Shown piece after piece: positions 20,101-32,145 of a stretch of DNA of 64,000 nucleotides (positions within the stretch are counted from its first letter, which is position 1; every line of letters starts with the position of its first letter). The position numbers were made by a program, and so were the translations under genes. The notes beneath the pieces are model-generated. The model saw only the letters and a list, made by a program, of their open reading frames with translations. It was not told where the DNA came from and ran no database searches. Origin of the DNA: Craspedostauros australis (lineage: Eukaryota); assembly GCA_030167865.1 (NCBI GenBank), contig JALAGF010004837.1:124001-188000 (forward strand), in the 5' to 3' direction.

Positions 20101-20510
20101 TCCTTATCTTTATCCTTGTCCTTGTCCTTTCCTTTGCCCTTCTTGCTGCTGGACTTGGTGGGCGACGCTTGCTCGCTGCGAAGCTGGTCTCCAGAGTCCT
20201 CGTCGTCCGCAACCTCCGTGTCCTCGGTCATGTAGTTGTTGCTCTTGTCCTCGTCGAAGGATTCGATCTGATCCTTGGGCACGACGATGAGGCGGATGGT
20301 CTCGATCATGTCGTTGGCATCCTGCTCAGTGCCGAAGTTCTCGCTGCGCACCCCGTTGATGGCGACGACACGATCGCCCGTGCGCACGCGAGCCTTGGCG
20401 GGGGCATCCGACATGAAGTAGCCCACCGCATTCTTCTCGATGACATAGCCGGACTTCTTCTTGGCGTCTCGCTGTATCGTCACAGCTCGAGTGTTCTGGT
20501 GTTCCGACAT
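17174..20510 (-). CDS. Multi-exon PDZ / triple zinc-ribbon / PDZ protein (about 672 aa)
   Basis: Reconstructed exons (minus strand): 20510-19680, 19371-19186, 18946-18827, 18502-18329, 17881-17174. All introns are GT-AG and phase 0, giving 2019 nt in frame. N-terminal PDZ-like segment (GDRVVAING), KD/KG repeats, three CxxC...CxxC exons, C-terminal PDZ (AGDKVLELNG), ending HDCGCVWCPDCNA. Confidence 0.75.
19820..20150 (-). repeat. Coding hexamer repeats (AAGGAC/AAGGGC) encoding KDKGKDK tracts
   Basis: Two blocks of ttgtcc/ttgccc repeats on the + strand, inside exon 1 of the PDZ gene. Confidence 0.8.
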
Positions 20511-21244
20511 GACTGCTGTCGATTGGTTTGCTTCCTGTAGCTAAATTTACTCTCGGTGATGCTGTGACGGTGCCCGATGCGATGTGTTGTGATGGAAGAG
20601 AATAGAATGGAATGGAATCCAAGGCAATGTAATGCGATGCGATGCGATGCAATGCAATGCAACACAGATCAGACCTTCGTGTGTGCTCTGGAAGGTATGG
20701 CACGAGTACGTATTGGTATGTTCGTTCTTGATGTGTCTGTTTTGTTTGTGCTCTTGCTTTGCGCTCGCTTGGACTCTCCCCAGGCTGATTCGGGCTGATC
20801 CCTGTGGTCTCTCTCTCTCTCTCTCTTTGCTTCGGTTCCGCAACACAGGAGGGAAACCAACCAGCCCAGAGGAGAAGGAGAAAAGGTGGTGGTGGGAACA
20901 CACCCACAAGGGTGAGAGGCACCAGAGAATGGTATCCAAGAGCGTCGTGGAGGCGACATCAAGATACTTCGGTCATTTCACACCGCTTTCTGTGATTTGC
21001 GCAATCCTGGATGGACTTATTTGATCGAAAGCGTGTTAGTCGGGTGTGTCGCGCACAATTGACCAACTTGACCATGTCCAAAACGTGTCCATCTCCATCT
21101 CGCCAAAACGGAAATTGTGCTTTTTGTCTCTGTTGAATTATATCATATTCAGTCATGAATTTATATATTAACAATTTACCATGTGGCATTCGTAGTTTCG
21201 TATCATCACATGTTGATGTCATCGTTGATTGGTGGTAGTCATGA

Positions 21245-21685
21245 TGACGTGTTCGAAATGCTTCCAACCAAAGCACAGTTCGACACTATGACCGAACCCC
21301 GTTGTGACACGGATGACGCATGAGTGGCGTCGGTTTGAGTTTTCTCGCTGTTGTTCGAGCGACGTCGCTCATTCGTCCTCATGTGGCGTTTGGGTTTTCC
21401 TACGTCACTCTTCCGACAACTTGGCACACACGCGATTCCTTTGTCCTTTGCATGTCTCCTCGTCTCTCTTTGTGTGGCGGAGCGCACGCAACAAAACGAG
21501 AACGGAGAACAGGAGTGACGGCAATCGCCATCACACCAGCGACAACGACAACGCACGACAACGCACGACAACGGCAACGACAGACGCACAGTGGCAGCAC
21601 GAGAACCAACAGCGTGATGGCGAGCACGGATGGGCAGCGTGATTGCGAGGACAGAAGATCGCCCCAACATCACGATGGATGACGC
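21245..21685 (+). promoter_or_regulatory. Cluster of bZIP-type TGACG(T/C) elements upstream of the YLDxL-repeat gene
   Basis: TGACGT 21245-21250, TGACGC 21314-21319, ACGTCA 21402-21407, TGACGC 21680-21685. Function is inferred only. Confidence 0.3.
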
Positions 21686-21935
21686 CTGCGTGCCGATGCT
21701 CGTACTCGTCTTCGTGTAAACACTGGTACTCGCACTACGCGCAATGCACTACGCGACACAACACACTTTACGAATCTGCACGGCAAGGCGATAACGATGC
21801 TGACACGCAGAGCTGAAGCTTTCTCACAGAAATCAATACAAACACACAGTCTGCACAAAAACAATCACGCACAGCAACGCAAACCCACCTCCACGTCTAT
21901 CCACACCAATCCACACCAATCCACATCCATTCACC

Positions 21936-22796
21936 ATGAAGTTCACTGCCGCCCTCGTCGCCCTGACTGTTGCCCCAGTCGTCTCCTTCTCTTACCTGGA
22001 CAACCTCTCCAAGCCAGCCACCGCCCAGGCCACAGCTGTTGCCGACCCACCGTTCTTCTTCACCAACGGTGTCAAGGATGAGCCAGCCACCTCATCCTTC
22101 GATGCCCCAGCGCCAACCAGCGCCAAGTACCTCGAGAACCTCAACGCTGCCCCAGCTGCCTCCGCCCCAACCGGCGGAAACGCCGTGGGATCCTACCTCG
22201 ACAACCTCAATGCCCCAGCGGCCAGCGCCCCCACCGGATCCGGCATGAGCAGCTACCTCGATGCCCTCCCGGCCCAGCCAGCCACCACCGGCGCTGGAAT
22301 GACCAACTACGCCGAGAGCCTCAACCAGGCCGGAGCCGCCTCCTTCTCCACCCCAGCTTTCGTGCCAGCACCAGCTGCCGGCGTCCCAGCCAACGCTGCC
22401 CCAACCAGCGCCGGATACCTCTCCAACCTCAACACCGGAGCCGACGCCAACCCATCCGGTGCCGGAATCAGCGGATACCTCGATGCCCTCCCACGTGCCC
22501 CACCAACGATCGGAGGAGCCGGAATCCCAAGCTACAAGGACTCCCTCCCAACCGCCCCAGCCATGATCGGCGGACCAGGAATCCCAGACTACAAGGACTC
22601 CCTCTCTGCCGGAGGTGGCGCCGCCCCAGTCGGCGGATACGCCGTCTCGGGAAGCAGCAACTTCGCCATCGGCTCCATCACAGGAAAGTTCGACTTCTCC
22701 TTCGAGGCCGATGCCAACATCGTCAACCAGATCAAGACCGCCGGAGACAGAAAAATGACCCTCACCGGAAAGGTCAACTCCGTCTCTTACAACTAA
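21936..22796 (+). CDS. Plastid-targeted low-complexity repeat protein (nine Y-x-[DES]-x-L motifs, small C-terminal beta domain)
   Basis: 286 aa. Signal peptide MKFTAALVALTVAPVVS-F with Phe at +1. A/P/G/S/T spacers separate SYLDNL, KYLENL, SYLDNL, SYLDAL, NYAESL, GYLSNL, GYLDAL, SYKDSL and DYKDSL. Very strong C-ending codon bias. Confidence 0.85.
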   Translation: MKFTAALVALTVAPVVSFSYLDNLSKPATAQATAVADPPFFFTNGVKDEPATSSFDAPAPTSAKYLENLNAAPAASAPTGGNAVGSYLDNLNAPAASAPTGSGMSSYLDALPAQPATTGAGMTNYAESLNQAGAASFSTPAFVPAPAAGVPANAAPTSAGYLSNLNTGADANPSGAGISGYLDALPRAPPTIGGAGIPSYKDSLPTAPAMIGGPGIPDYKDSLSAGGGAAPVGGYAVSGSSNFAIGSITGKFDFSFEADANIVNQIKTAGDRKMTLTGKVNSVSYN

Positions 22797-24965
22797 ATCC
22801 CTTCGCGCAAGGCAGGGGTGTCAGGGACGACATCACCAAGGCCGGTCGCTCGTGCCGTCATGCCCAACGAGTACGACTACCAGTAGAGTCCGTACTGGTG
22901 TCATGATGAAGCACAAGACAGGAAGCGCCCACCATCTCGCGCCTTTACGGGCTGAGACTGAAGCGGGCGATCAGGAGAAGATCACACTTGGCTGATGATC
23001 AACCAGGTACGTATTAGCGTCATGCCAACCTTGTGCAGCCATGCCACGTTGCGTTGCGCCATGTCGCGATGAGACCATCACGCTGTCGTCGTCGCTCGAA
23101 ACCAAACGTATCGTCGTCTCATGCAGATGTTTGTTTTGATCTGCCTCCGACTCTCCACGCTTCTGTTCACAAACGACCATCGGGTCTTTCGATACTCTAC
23201 GACAACAGAGAGGCAGCCAGACAACGCTTCGAACGAAGCAATGCTATGACCACAACTACAGACTCGACTCTCTCGAGTCCGTACTTTACTCCATTGCAAC
23301 AGAGGCAATCGAAACAACCGACAACCAATCAACAACAAACAACCATATTCAACCAAATCAATCAACTATTATACTTACTTATCAACCAACAAATAAACCA
23401 ACTCAAACGATCAACCACTCAACAACACATTCGCGCACCCGTCGTCTGAACAACACTTTGCACAGCACAGGTTCCAAGTCATCAACCATCTCTCTCCCTC
23501 GTTTCTGCTACATGAAGCAGACATCGGAGCGATGAGGAACACGGGATGATGCATGAGCTTGGGAGAGCAAAGAATCAGGCCAACTCGTACCGTCCCATGC
23601 ACTCAATCAAACCCCACAAAAAAGTACAAACAGAGCAACACGAGACAAACGCGTAAACCCTAATATTCCACCTGTCACAAACACACGGCCTCGGTGTCGA
23701 AATGTAGCCGTAGATTTGATGCATGATCCTTGTGCAGAGTTGAAAGGATTGACTCTCGATGCACTTCTCTGGTGGACTCGACACATGGCGTCAGGAGGTG
23801 CACGTTACGGGGTGTCATGTCATCTGCTCTTCTCCGCAATCGTCAAAGAATCATTGCACCAGGAATCCTCTTGCTCCCAACCAACTTTTCTGCCATAGAA
23901 CGGGCCAGAGTATAGTCAACATAAATGCACTGCACTGTATTCTATCGCAATCTATCTCCACAAGCCAACCAACCACCCACATGTTTCAGCTTCCGTGGCG
24001 CATGATTTCCATCTGCTTCTCTCCTGCAGATCTCTGTCTCGATGCCAATACTCGTCCAACGGCTAACTATTTCCGCTTTATCGATCCACCAAACGAGCCT
24101 CCACAAGGTACTCGTATCGTGACACTGACAGCGCTGTCTCTTTCCGCTTTGGTGGATCGGAAGGAGGAAGAGTGGCCACGAATGTCAACACGTCGAGTCT
24201 TGAGTTATCGTGATTGGGATTCACGCGTGCGTCAGCCGCATCTTTGGTGGAGCTTACTGCCTTTGGGGACCAAACATCAACATCGCGTATCTCTTGGTCC
24301 AACGCGTTGATGGTTCAGGATCTCGTTTGGTGCTGAAGCTGGCGTCGAGATACTGGGAGATACTGGCATGGTGAGGCGTGGCTTCTCGTCGCATCCATCA
24401 CCATGATCAAGATGACCATCATCAGAACGTCGGCATCAACGCGGAAGGCTCCGGGCGGCGAGGAGCAACAGGACGCGCAGCATGAGTGTTTCTCTGTCCT
24501 ATCATACGTACTCCATTCTACTCAGATGCTCTGCTCGACAACACTGTTCAAGACATCTTCGGCATGCCTGTGAATGTGATTTCGCTATTGCTCCGAGCGG
24601 CGCGATTGTTGATGCCAGGAGGAGGAGGAGGAGTGATGGATTGATGTTTGTTGGTTTTCTCTTTATTTTACTTGCAACTGTCTGTCTCGTTTCCCAGTGT
24701 CAGATTGTTCCTGAATGGGTTTACCGTGGAATAGTTGCGGTCCTTAGCATTGATTACAGACGCGATCGTCGCGAGACAACGACGACAACGTTGGCAGGTG
24801 CGGACATGCCACCCGCACTTTTGTGCTTGCGGCGGGCGTGCGTCGCGCCATGCGGTCGCGGGAGAGCGAGGCTCTCTCGTCACCATGCACCTTGCAACGC
24901 AATGTTGCATCGAATGTTTGCATCAGAGCGTGCAAGGCGCCTTTGATAGTGCCTTTGGCAGCAAT

Positions 24966-25283
24966 TTAAAGGTTATCAACGAAGCTGATGGCATCCCCGA
25001 CAGTGGTGATCAGGACGGCCTCGTCTTCTGGGATCTCGGCATCGTACTCCTCCTCAAGGGCCATGATGAGCTCGACGGTGTCAAGGGAGTCGGCACCGAG
25101 ATCATCGATGAACTTGGCTTCTGGGACGAGTTGCTCAGGCTTGCATCCGAGCTGTTCGACGATGATGTCCTTGACCTTGGAGGAGTCAGCGGAGAGGCTG
25201 GTGGATGGGGCGCTGCGGCCGTTGAAGGCTGGGGCGAAGGCAGCGGCGCTGGCGACGAGGGAGGCGATGATGGTGAGCTTCAT
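24966..25283 (-). CDS. acpP: Plastid acyl carrier protein (nucleus-encoded)
   Basis: [18 protein letters not shown] bipartite presequence and the phosphopantetheine site [19 protein letters not shown]. 105 aa. Confidence 0.95.
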   Translation of the reverse strand: MKLTIIASLVASAAAFAPAFNGRSAPSTSLSADSSKVKDIIVEQLGCKPEQLVPEAKFIDDLGADSLDTVELIMALEEEYDAEIPEDEAVLITTVGDAISFVDNL

Positions 25284-26389
25284 GATGGAATACTGGAGTG
25301 GGGTGGTGTATGATGGGGTGTGTTGTGGTACGAGTATCGAGTTTGTGAGCAGGAGTGGTGGTGGTGGTTTCAGAAGGAGGATTGATGGGAACCGATGAGT
25401 ATTCTGTCTGTTGGCCACAAGGAGCATTGTCGTTCGAAATCAAGAGGTACAGAGGACACAAGGACGCTCTGGCAACGAAGACACGAGATACGGCGACGAC
25501 ATCAACATCAAGGATGCACCACGCCAATCTCCAACACCAAAACGCGACACAGAGAGGACAACGCCAGATCCATTCACGCGCGGAGATACGACGTTGTCGC
25601 CACTCCTGAATTCCGCCAAACAAATCACGACAGCCACATCACGACAACCCATCAACCCAAAACAGAAACGCACACGCACAAACAGAAGAAACGCCACGGC
25701 CGACACGCTGTTGCCAGCGGACGCAGGACGTACGTCGTGGTGACGCCCCCACAAGACCAGACGATGTCACACTCCGCAGTCACACGTGGTTGAGTTTGAG
25801 ATTCTGGCCAATCAGAACACGCGAGGCTTCATCTTGAGCCGAATCACGGTAGTACCATGCCTGCACGACTCGACAATACAGAAGAGATACTCCAGATATC
25901 TCTCTGAATGTATATGCGGAAAACAAGCGTCAAAATGAGGCTCCAGAGAGAGGAGCAAGATTAGGTATGCAATACTCTGCTTGTTGTGTAGAATACTTGT
26001 TGTGTTGGTTGGGAATATAAAATTATATAGCATTACTCTAAGCATGCGTGCGTCTGCTCTCCTCGAATCAAACTTCTCCACTCTTGACTAGTGCTTGTGC
26101 TCGTGGAGAAAGAACTAAGATATGATAAGATCACTGCCCAAATGAAGCAGCCCCGAGGTTGAGATAGGCATGAGCAGCCAGCCAGGGTTTGCGTATTTGT
26201 AGATCGTGCGGGACCAGCTATGAGTGACGGCGTGCCTTCGAACCTGCGCGAGGTTGTGGTGATAGATACGTAAGTTTTGTTGCAATTGGGTGGCGAGACG
26301 CCCGAATGCAACAGGTGTTTGCGTAATCGTGCTCGGAGCTCACGTCGCTTTGAGCACGAGTACTTGCACGACGATGGATCTTCCTTGCC

Positions 26390-27530
26390 TCACGCAATCT
26401 CGTCGGAAACGCGATGGGTGCGGCGAATGACTGACGTATCATCGGCAGCTTCGTTGTTGCTCGGTTGGACCACGTTGGTCAGAGCGCCGAAAATCCCCTT
26501 CCCGACCATGGCGAACGATCCGCCAATGGCGTTCAATGTTGCGCGTTGCACGGCGCGTCCGGGATCCGCCAAAGCCTCGTGACGATCGTACCGCTTCCTC
26601 GTTCTCTTGCAGTTCAGAATAGTGTAGCTCAGGCTGATGCGCTCCCACTCTTCCCGCACATCTTCCAAGTTGTTGCTGTTGTCGTCATTGCCGTCGTCAT
26701 TTCCATTATGAACGAAAACATCCGACAGGTCAGGCACCATTGCATTGGAGCAGAAAAGAGAGCGCGACAGAGTTATGCAACGGATTGAAGGAGAACGAAT
26801 TGTGAGCATTCGGATGGTGATGTTCCGGGCGAAACTGATGGAGCCAGCAGATGGAAGAACTCATGCGTGACACAGAAGATGCGGCATGTATCAGGCTCCC
26901 CAAGGTGAAACACTGATAGAGTATCGCAAAATAGAAGAAATGACAACGAGCCATGGAGTATTCCACTCACCATTTCCCTGGCAGAATCTCGCGATGTCTC
27001 GCTCCATCAGGATGGAACTTGCGGCTCATCTTGATGTAAGAGGCTCTGATGCTCTTGCGGTCGGCATCGCGCGCAACCTTCAGGATTTGATACGGGTTGA
27101 CGATTTCACCTGATCCGGTCTTGAATTCGTCCAGCCAGTCATGCTTCTTTCGGTTGGTGTGGGATCTGCTTTGTCTTTTGGACGACCTGTACTGCTCGCG
27201 ATGTTGTTGACCATCATCAACGGCACCCGCCTCCTCGTAGTCATTGGTCTGACGGTGCGGTGACTGAATCACGAAGGGCGACGTCGATATAGCCAATCGT
27301 GTCGGTGAAAGGCCAAATCCGTTGTTCTTGCTCTTGCTATTGCTGTTGCCGAAGCTGATGCTCTGGCCAGCAACAGCTTCCGTCAATCCTCGGCTCAAGT
27401 AGGCATCATGCGTTCTGGTTGTTGGAATGCTTTTCGAAGGACTTTGGACGGTGGCGAACGAATGAGCCCACCGCAAAATCAAGGCCGCCACGAGAAATCG
27501 AAGCGTTCCTGCTCTCTTCATGTTTGGCAT
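26390..27530 (-). CDS. Plastid-targeted J-domain (DnaJ) protein, 2 exons
   Basis: Exons 27530-26971 and 26675-26390, with a GT-AG intron joining TG|C. J-domain NPYQILKV...IRASYIKMSRKFHPDG...EEWERISLSYTIL...RKRYDR. Presequence ...RWAHS-FA. Confidence 0.8.
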
Positions 27531-28466
27531 CGTCTGGTGGAGATCGTCGGAATAAGCAACGGCCAAGGGCAGAGCAGAATGGATGAGAGTTGAGTCGTCT
27601 GGTTACCCTGGCTTCCCTGCTTTCCTCCGGTGTGGGATCGGTACGTTGATCACGAGATGTTCGATGATGTGGGAAAACACGCAGGCCTGCTATTACAGTC
27701 TGGAGGGAGAGAAGAGTAAGTCAGAATGAGGTGAGGAGTGTTTTTATGGGTGCAGTGGCAAGGGGTGTGCGCGGCTCTTACGATCAAGCTTGTGCTCATC
27801 CGAGTGCTGTCCTCTTGTTGGAAGGTGCTGCCTCATGCAACATCGGTTCGGCTTTCTTGCTTCTCTCCTCCTTTCTGTCGCCAAAACAAAGATACCGTTG
27901 GGAAACGGCCATGAACCACTGTGAGGACAGGATGACACGGGATCGACAGCTGCGGCAGCAGGTCCGTGACCAATGCCTTTCTGCGCTTCGCCAGGTTCTT
28001 CTCTTGATTATTGTCGGCCAAAAAGTGTCACCGAAGCAGCCAATCAAAACGAGGGACATCACTGACTCTCAACAACATCACAACACAATCTCATGGAAGC
28101 CATGGCAAATTACAAACTGATATGGTATTGTTCGGTCTGTCATATGTACGTGCAGTTCATGACTCAGCTCGATGCCATTCACGCCAGAATCCACCAACGA
28201 GCAAACCAACAACCAGACAACCAAGACCTGCGAAAGAACACAGGAACTCGTCTGGTTTGTGCTCGTATCCGCAGGGCAACATCACAATCAACAGTGGCAG
28301 CAACACCGCATACCCTTCGCTCTTTCCATCTCATCTGATCTCGCACACGGACGTTGTACTATTCCGAAGCAACAGTTTCTTCGACTGAATCACTCTCGCA
28401 GAACGCCATCCTCGCATCATACCACACTGCGGGTGTACCATACCATACCAACTCCACAAGAGCAAC

Positions 28467-30248
28467 ATGGCAGGGAGATCTTTCCAGATCGCATCGCCGG
28501 ATCCCATCCGCGTGGGTTGCATCGGCGGTGGGCAGCTCGGTCGGATGATGGTGCTGGAGGCACCTCGTCTGAACATCCAGATGTCCTTCTTGGACGGCGG
28601 AGGGTCCGGTTGCCCAGCTGCCCTGGCTGCGCCAACCGCCAACATTATCGAAGGCTCGCTGAAGGATGCCGCGAAGATCCGTGAGCTCTCCAAAGGTGTG
28701 GACGTTCTGACGGTGGAAATCGAGCACGTCGGCGTCGAGACGCTGGAGGAGCTGGAGAAGGAAGGCATCAACGTCCAGCCCAGCGCCAAGGTTCTGGGTA
28801 TCATCCGCGACAAGTTCCTGCAGAAGGAGCACTTCGACGCGCACAAGGTCCCGCTGCCTCCGTACACGGCGACGCCCACAAAGGCAGCCATCAAGTCGGC
28901 CGCGGAGAAGCTGGGTTTGCCCATCATGCTGAAGGCACGCAAGGGCGCTTACGATGGTCGTGGCAACGCGGTCTTGAAGGGATCATCGGATGCGGAAATA
29001 GAGGCGGCACTGACCTCGTTGGGATGCAATGCGGCTGACGAGACCTTGGACCTCTACGCCGAGGGGTGGGTTCCATTCGATTGCGAAATCGCCGTCATGG
29101 TGGCCCGTTCCAGCAACGGCAAAGACACCGTTTCGTACCCGCCAGTCAACGCCATCCAGCACAACTCCATCTGCCGCGTGGTGCTAGCCCCGGCCAGAAC
29201 CATCTCGCAAGAAATGCGCGAGAAATGCGAATCCGTCGCCAGGCAGGCCATCGACTCGTTGGGCGATGGCGCATCCGGCATGTTCGGAGTAGAGCTGTTT
29301 GTCAACGACAAGGAAGTTCTCCTCAACGAGGTGGCACCACGACCTCACAACACCGGCCACTACACTCAGGATGCGTGCTCGGTGAGCCAGTTCGAGAACC
29401 ATCTGCGCGGGGTCTGCGGCATGCCCTTGGGATCGACCGAAATGATCGTGGATTCCGCGGCCATGGTGAACGTGCTGGGAGCCGATTCGGGCAAGGAGGA
29501 GGATACGTTGGCAAGCTCCAACGCTGCAATGGCCATGCCAGGCGCAGTCGTTCACTGGTACGGCAAGGCTGGGTGCAGGAAGGGTCGCAAGATGGGACAC
29601 ATCAACGTCGTATCCAGAACTGAGGCAGAGACGAACGAGAAGCTAACAAAGCTATTGGAGCTGGAGAATGTCCCGCTCTCATTGATGCCAGGCGGCGGTC
29701 TTGGGCTCACCCCCAAGGTGGGCATCATCATGGGATCGCAAAGCGACCTACCAACCATGAACGCAGCCGCCGAGATCCTGAAGAAGTTTGGCATCCCATT
29801 CGAGGTCGATATCGTGTCGGCGCATCGCACACCGGAGAAGTTGGTGCAGTACAGCCGATCGGCAGCCGACCGTGGTCTGCACGTGATCATCGCCGGTGCA
29901 GGCGGTGCAGCGCATCTGCCTGGCATGGTGGCGGCAATGACGCCAATTCCTGTCATCGGCGTTCCGGTCAAGACCTCCACGCTGAGCGGGGTGGACTCGT
30001 TGTACAGTATCGTCCAGATGCCAAGGGGCGTCCCGGTTGCCACTGTCGCGATCGGCAATGCCATAAACGCCGGGCTGCTGGCAGTCCGTATCCTGTGCGT
30101 GGGACAGAAAGACTTGATCGAAAAGATGAGCAAGTATCAGTCGGAGATGACGGACATGGTGGACGACACGAGCGCCAAGCTGAAGGACCTGGGATATGAG
30201 GAATTCCTGAAACAGATGGACAACAAGAACAAGGCCGTCAACGTGTGA
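28467..30248 (+). CDS. ADE2: Phosphoribosylaminoimidazole carboxylase, PurK-PurE fusion (ADE2)
   Basis: PurK motifs [30 protein letters not shown] and RKMGHINV. PurE motifs [27 protein letters not shown] and [14 protein letters not shown]. Confidence 0.96.
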   Translation: MAGRSFQIASPDPIRVGCIGGGQLGRMMVLEAPRLNIQMSFLDGGGSGCPAALAAPTANIIEGSLKDAAKIRELSKGVDVLTVEIEHVGVETLEELEKEGINVQPSAKVLGIIRDKFLQKEHFDAHKVPLPPYTATPTKAAIKSAAEKLGLPIMLKARKGAYDGRGNAVLKGSSDAEIEAALTSLGCNAADETLDLYAEGWVPFDCEIAVMVARSSNGKDTVSYPPVNAIQHNSICRVVLAPARTISQEMREKCESVARQAIDSLGDGASGMFGVELFVNDKEVLLNEVAPRPHNTGHYTQDACSVSQFENHLRGVCGMPLGSTEMIVDSAAMVNVLGADSGKEEDTLASSNAAMAMPGAVVHWYGKAGCRKGRKMGHINVVSRTEAETNEKLTKLLELENVPLSLMPGGGLGLTPKVGIIMGSQSDLPTMNAAAEILKKFGIPFEVDIVSAHRTPEKLVQYSRSAADRGLHVIIAGAGGAAHLPGMVAAMTPIPVIGVPVKTSTLSGVDSLYSIVQMPRGVPVATVAIGNAINAGLLAVRILCVGQKDLIEKMSKYQSEMTDMVDDTSAKLKDLGYEEFLKQMDNKNKAVNV

Positions 30249-32145
30249 TGTATTACCTGTATCATACGGTTATGCAATTGCGATCGCAACTGTTCACTTG
30301 ACGAGCATTCCAACTCTGCCTGTAACACGGCAATACGGAGCAGAACGGCTTAACATTCTACCATGCAGCATTGGAGAGTGCATGCGTATGACATGATGCG
30401 GTATGGTATGGTAGTGCACAGATTCATTCGTATTCTTTGATGTGCCTACCTACTCCATTCTCGAGATGGAACTCTATTCTTGTACAATCTACGCATCACT
30501 TCAGGTGATGATTGCCCAGGTCACGATCTGATGGTTTCCAATACCTGTCGTGCAAAGCTGTCCGTCACCATGTGAAACGTTCCATCAGCAACGACCTTAT
30601 GCCGATTTGTATTTGTATTTGTACTGCTCCACGAATAGAGTACGAGTATGAGAATGAGTATGGTGCCAACACAAGGACGAACACTTCGCTGTGTACCGTG
30701 ACACTCTCTTTGGTGCTCGTACCAAAGTCACTCTCTGCAAATGCACAAAGAAGATCCCGAAGATTCCTACCCATTCCTCTCTTTGGTCGACTTGTTGGAC
30801 GTGACTCGTTTGATGGATCTCCGTCTTCGTGACATCAAAGCCCCGGCACGAATGAAAATCCCGTTTGACATCGGCATTCGCGTTTATTCTTTTTGTGTGT
30901 ATTTTCCCTTGTGGCCTTGACACGTTGGTTGAACTGGAGACGGTTGTGACGCTCTTGTGACGGCATCACGAGAGCCAAACGAAGTCCACATCCAGATGAT
31001 GACATCAGTGCCACGCAGCCATCCAACGAAATCGACTAACAAACCGAGGAAAAACCAAAAGGCGCCTCTCTCTCCTCCGACGCAGACACCAAACAAACAG
31101 ACGATCCAAGAGACAAACAGAAGAAGAAGAAAGTCGCGCAACGAGAAAATACTCTCGGCCCTCCGATCCATCTGTTCCTCCTCCTCTCCTTGCGACCTAC
31201 GAGTAGATCGCACGACAACAAATACCAGTCGCAGATCGCACACCTCTCCTCTTGGCATCAATCACACGCCGTGAACATCGATCGTGCCACATCTTGACAC
31301 CAAACGAATTCAATACGATACGACGCATCGCCTCCCTCTCGCTGCGGATACAATATAATAGAAAGCACAGGAAGACAGCACAGCTAGGCAGCACAGCATC
31401 TCGGAGCAGTACGGCAATAAGCGTTCTGAATCCTCTGCCCCAGTTTGACACCATCGTCATACCCATTGCCATCGCTGCCGCCGACACCATCAGCGTCGTC
31501 CTATTGCTGATTTGGTCACATCACATAACATCACATAACATCACACCAACGAGTATTCACAAGTATTCGCAAGTATCCACATCCCATACCCACAGGTCGC
31601 ACCACACGAACACTTGCACAACACACACACACATCGTACTTGCTGTTCTGCATCCAACAGCCACAGCAAACGGGAAGCCAAACGAGAAACAAGACGAGAA
31701 ACGTGGACGAAGCGAAAGTACAACAAACTGCAACACACCATACCATACCACAGCAAAGCAAAGCACAGCAAAGCACAACAAGGGAAAGTAAGGAGAGAAC
31801 AGCGAAAGTCATTCTGCACGGCACAGCAAAGTATTATACATCCCATAATATTCACTGCGGCTGCTTCTCACTCAGCCAGCACCAACAGCACTGGCAGCAT
31901 CAGAGGACTTGTCTTTGTACGAGTACTTTCCTTGGCAGTTGCGGCGACCAGACGCGACCCTCAACTGGGGTTCCACACGACAGCGTGGACGAAGAGAGCA
32001 CAGTACCATAGACTACTCCGCACCCTGATCATCCGCTCAGACACAATTACACAGGAGTACTTGACGCGACAGCACAAGCACTTCAGCGCCTTAATACCTC
32101 AATACCTCGACACATAAACACCCAAGGGAACAACAGAAAACAAAG

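Noticed and set aside
22875-22902. Small hairpin (ACCAGTA/TACTGGT) in the 3' UTR of the repeat-protein gene, considered as a SECIS or other RNA element
   Set aside because: The stem is short, there is no SECIS core geometry, and the gene has no in-frame UGA.
28467-30248. PurK-PurE fusion considered as a novel fusion or bacterial HGT
   Set aside because: The fused ADE2 form is standard in fungi, plants and many algae.
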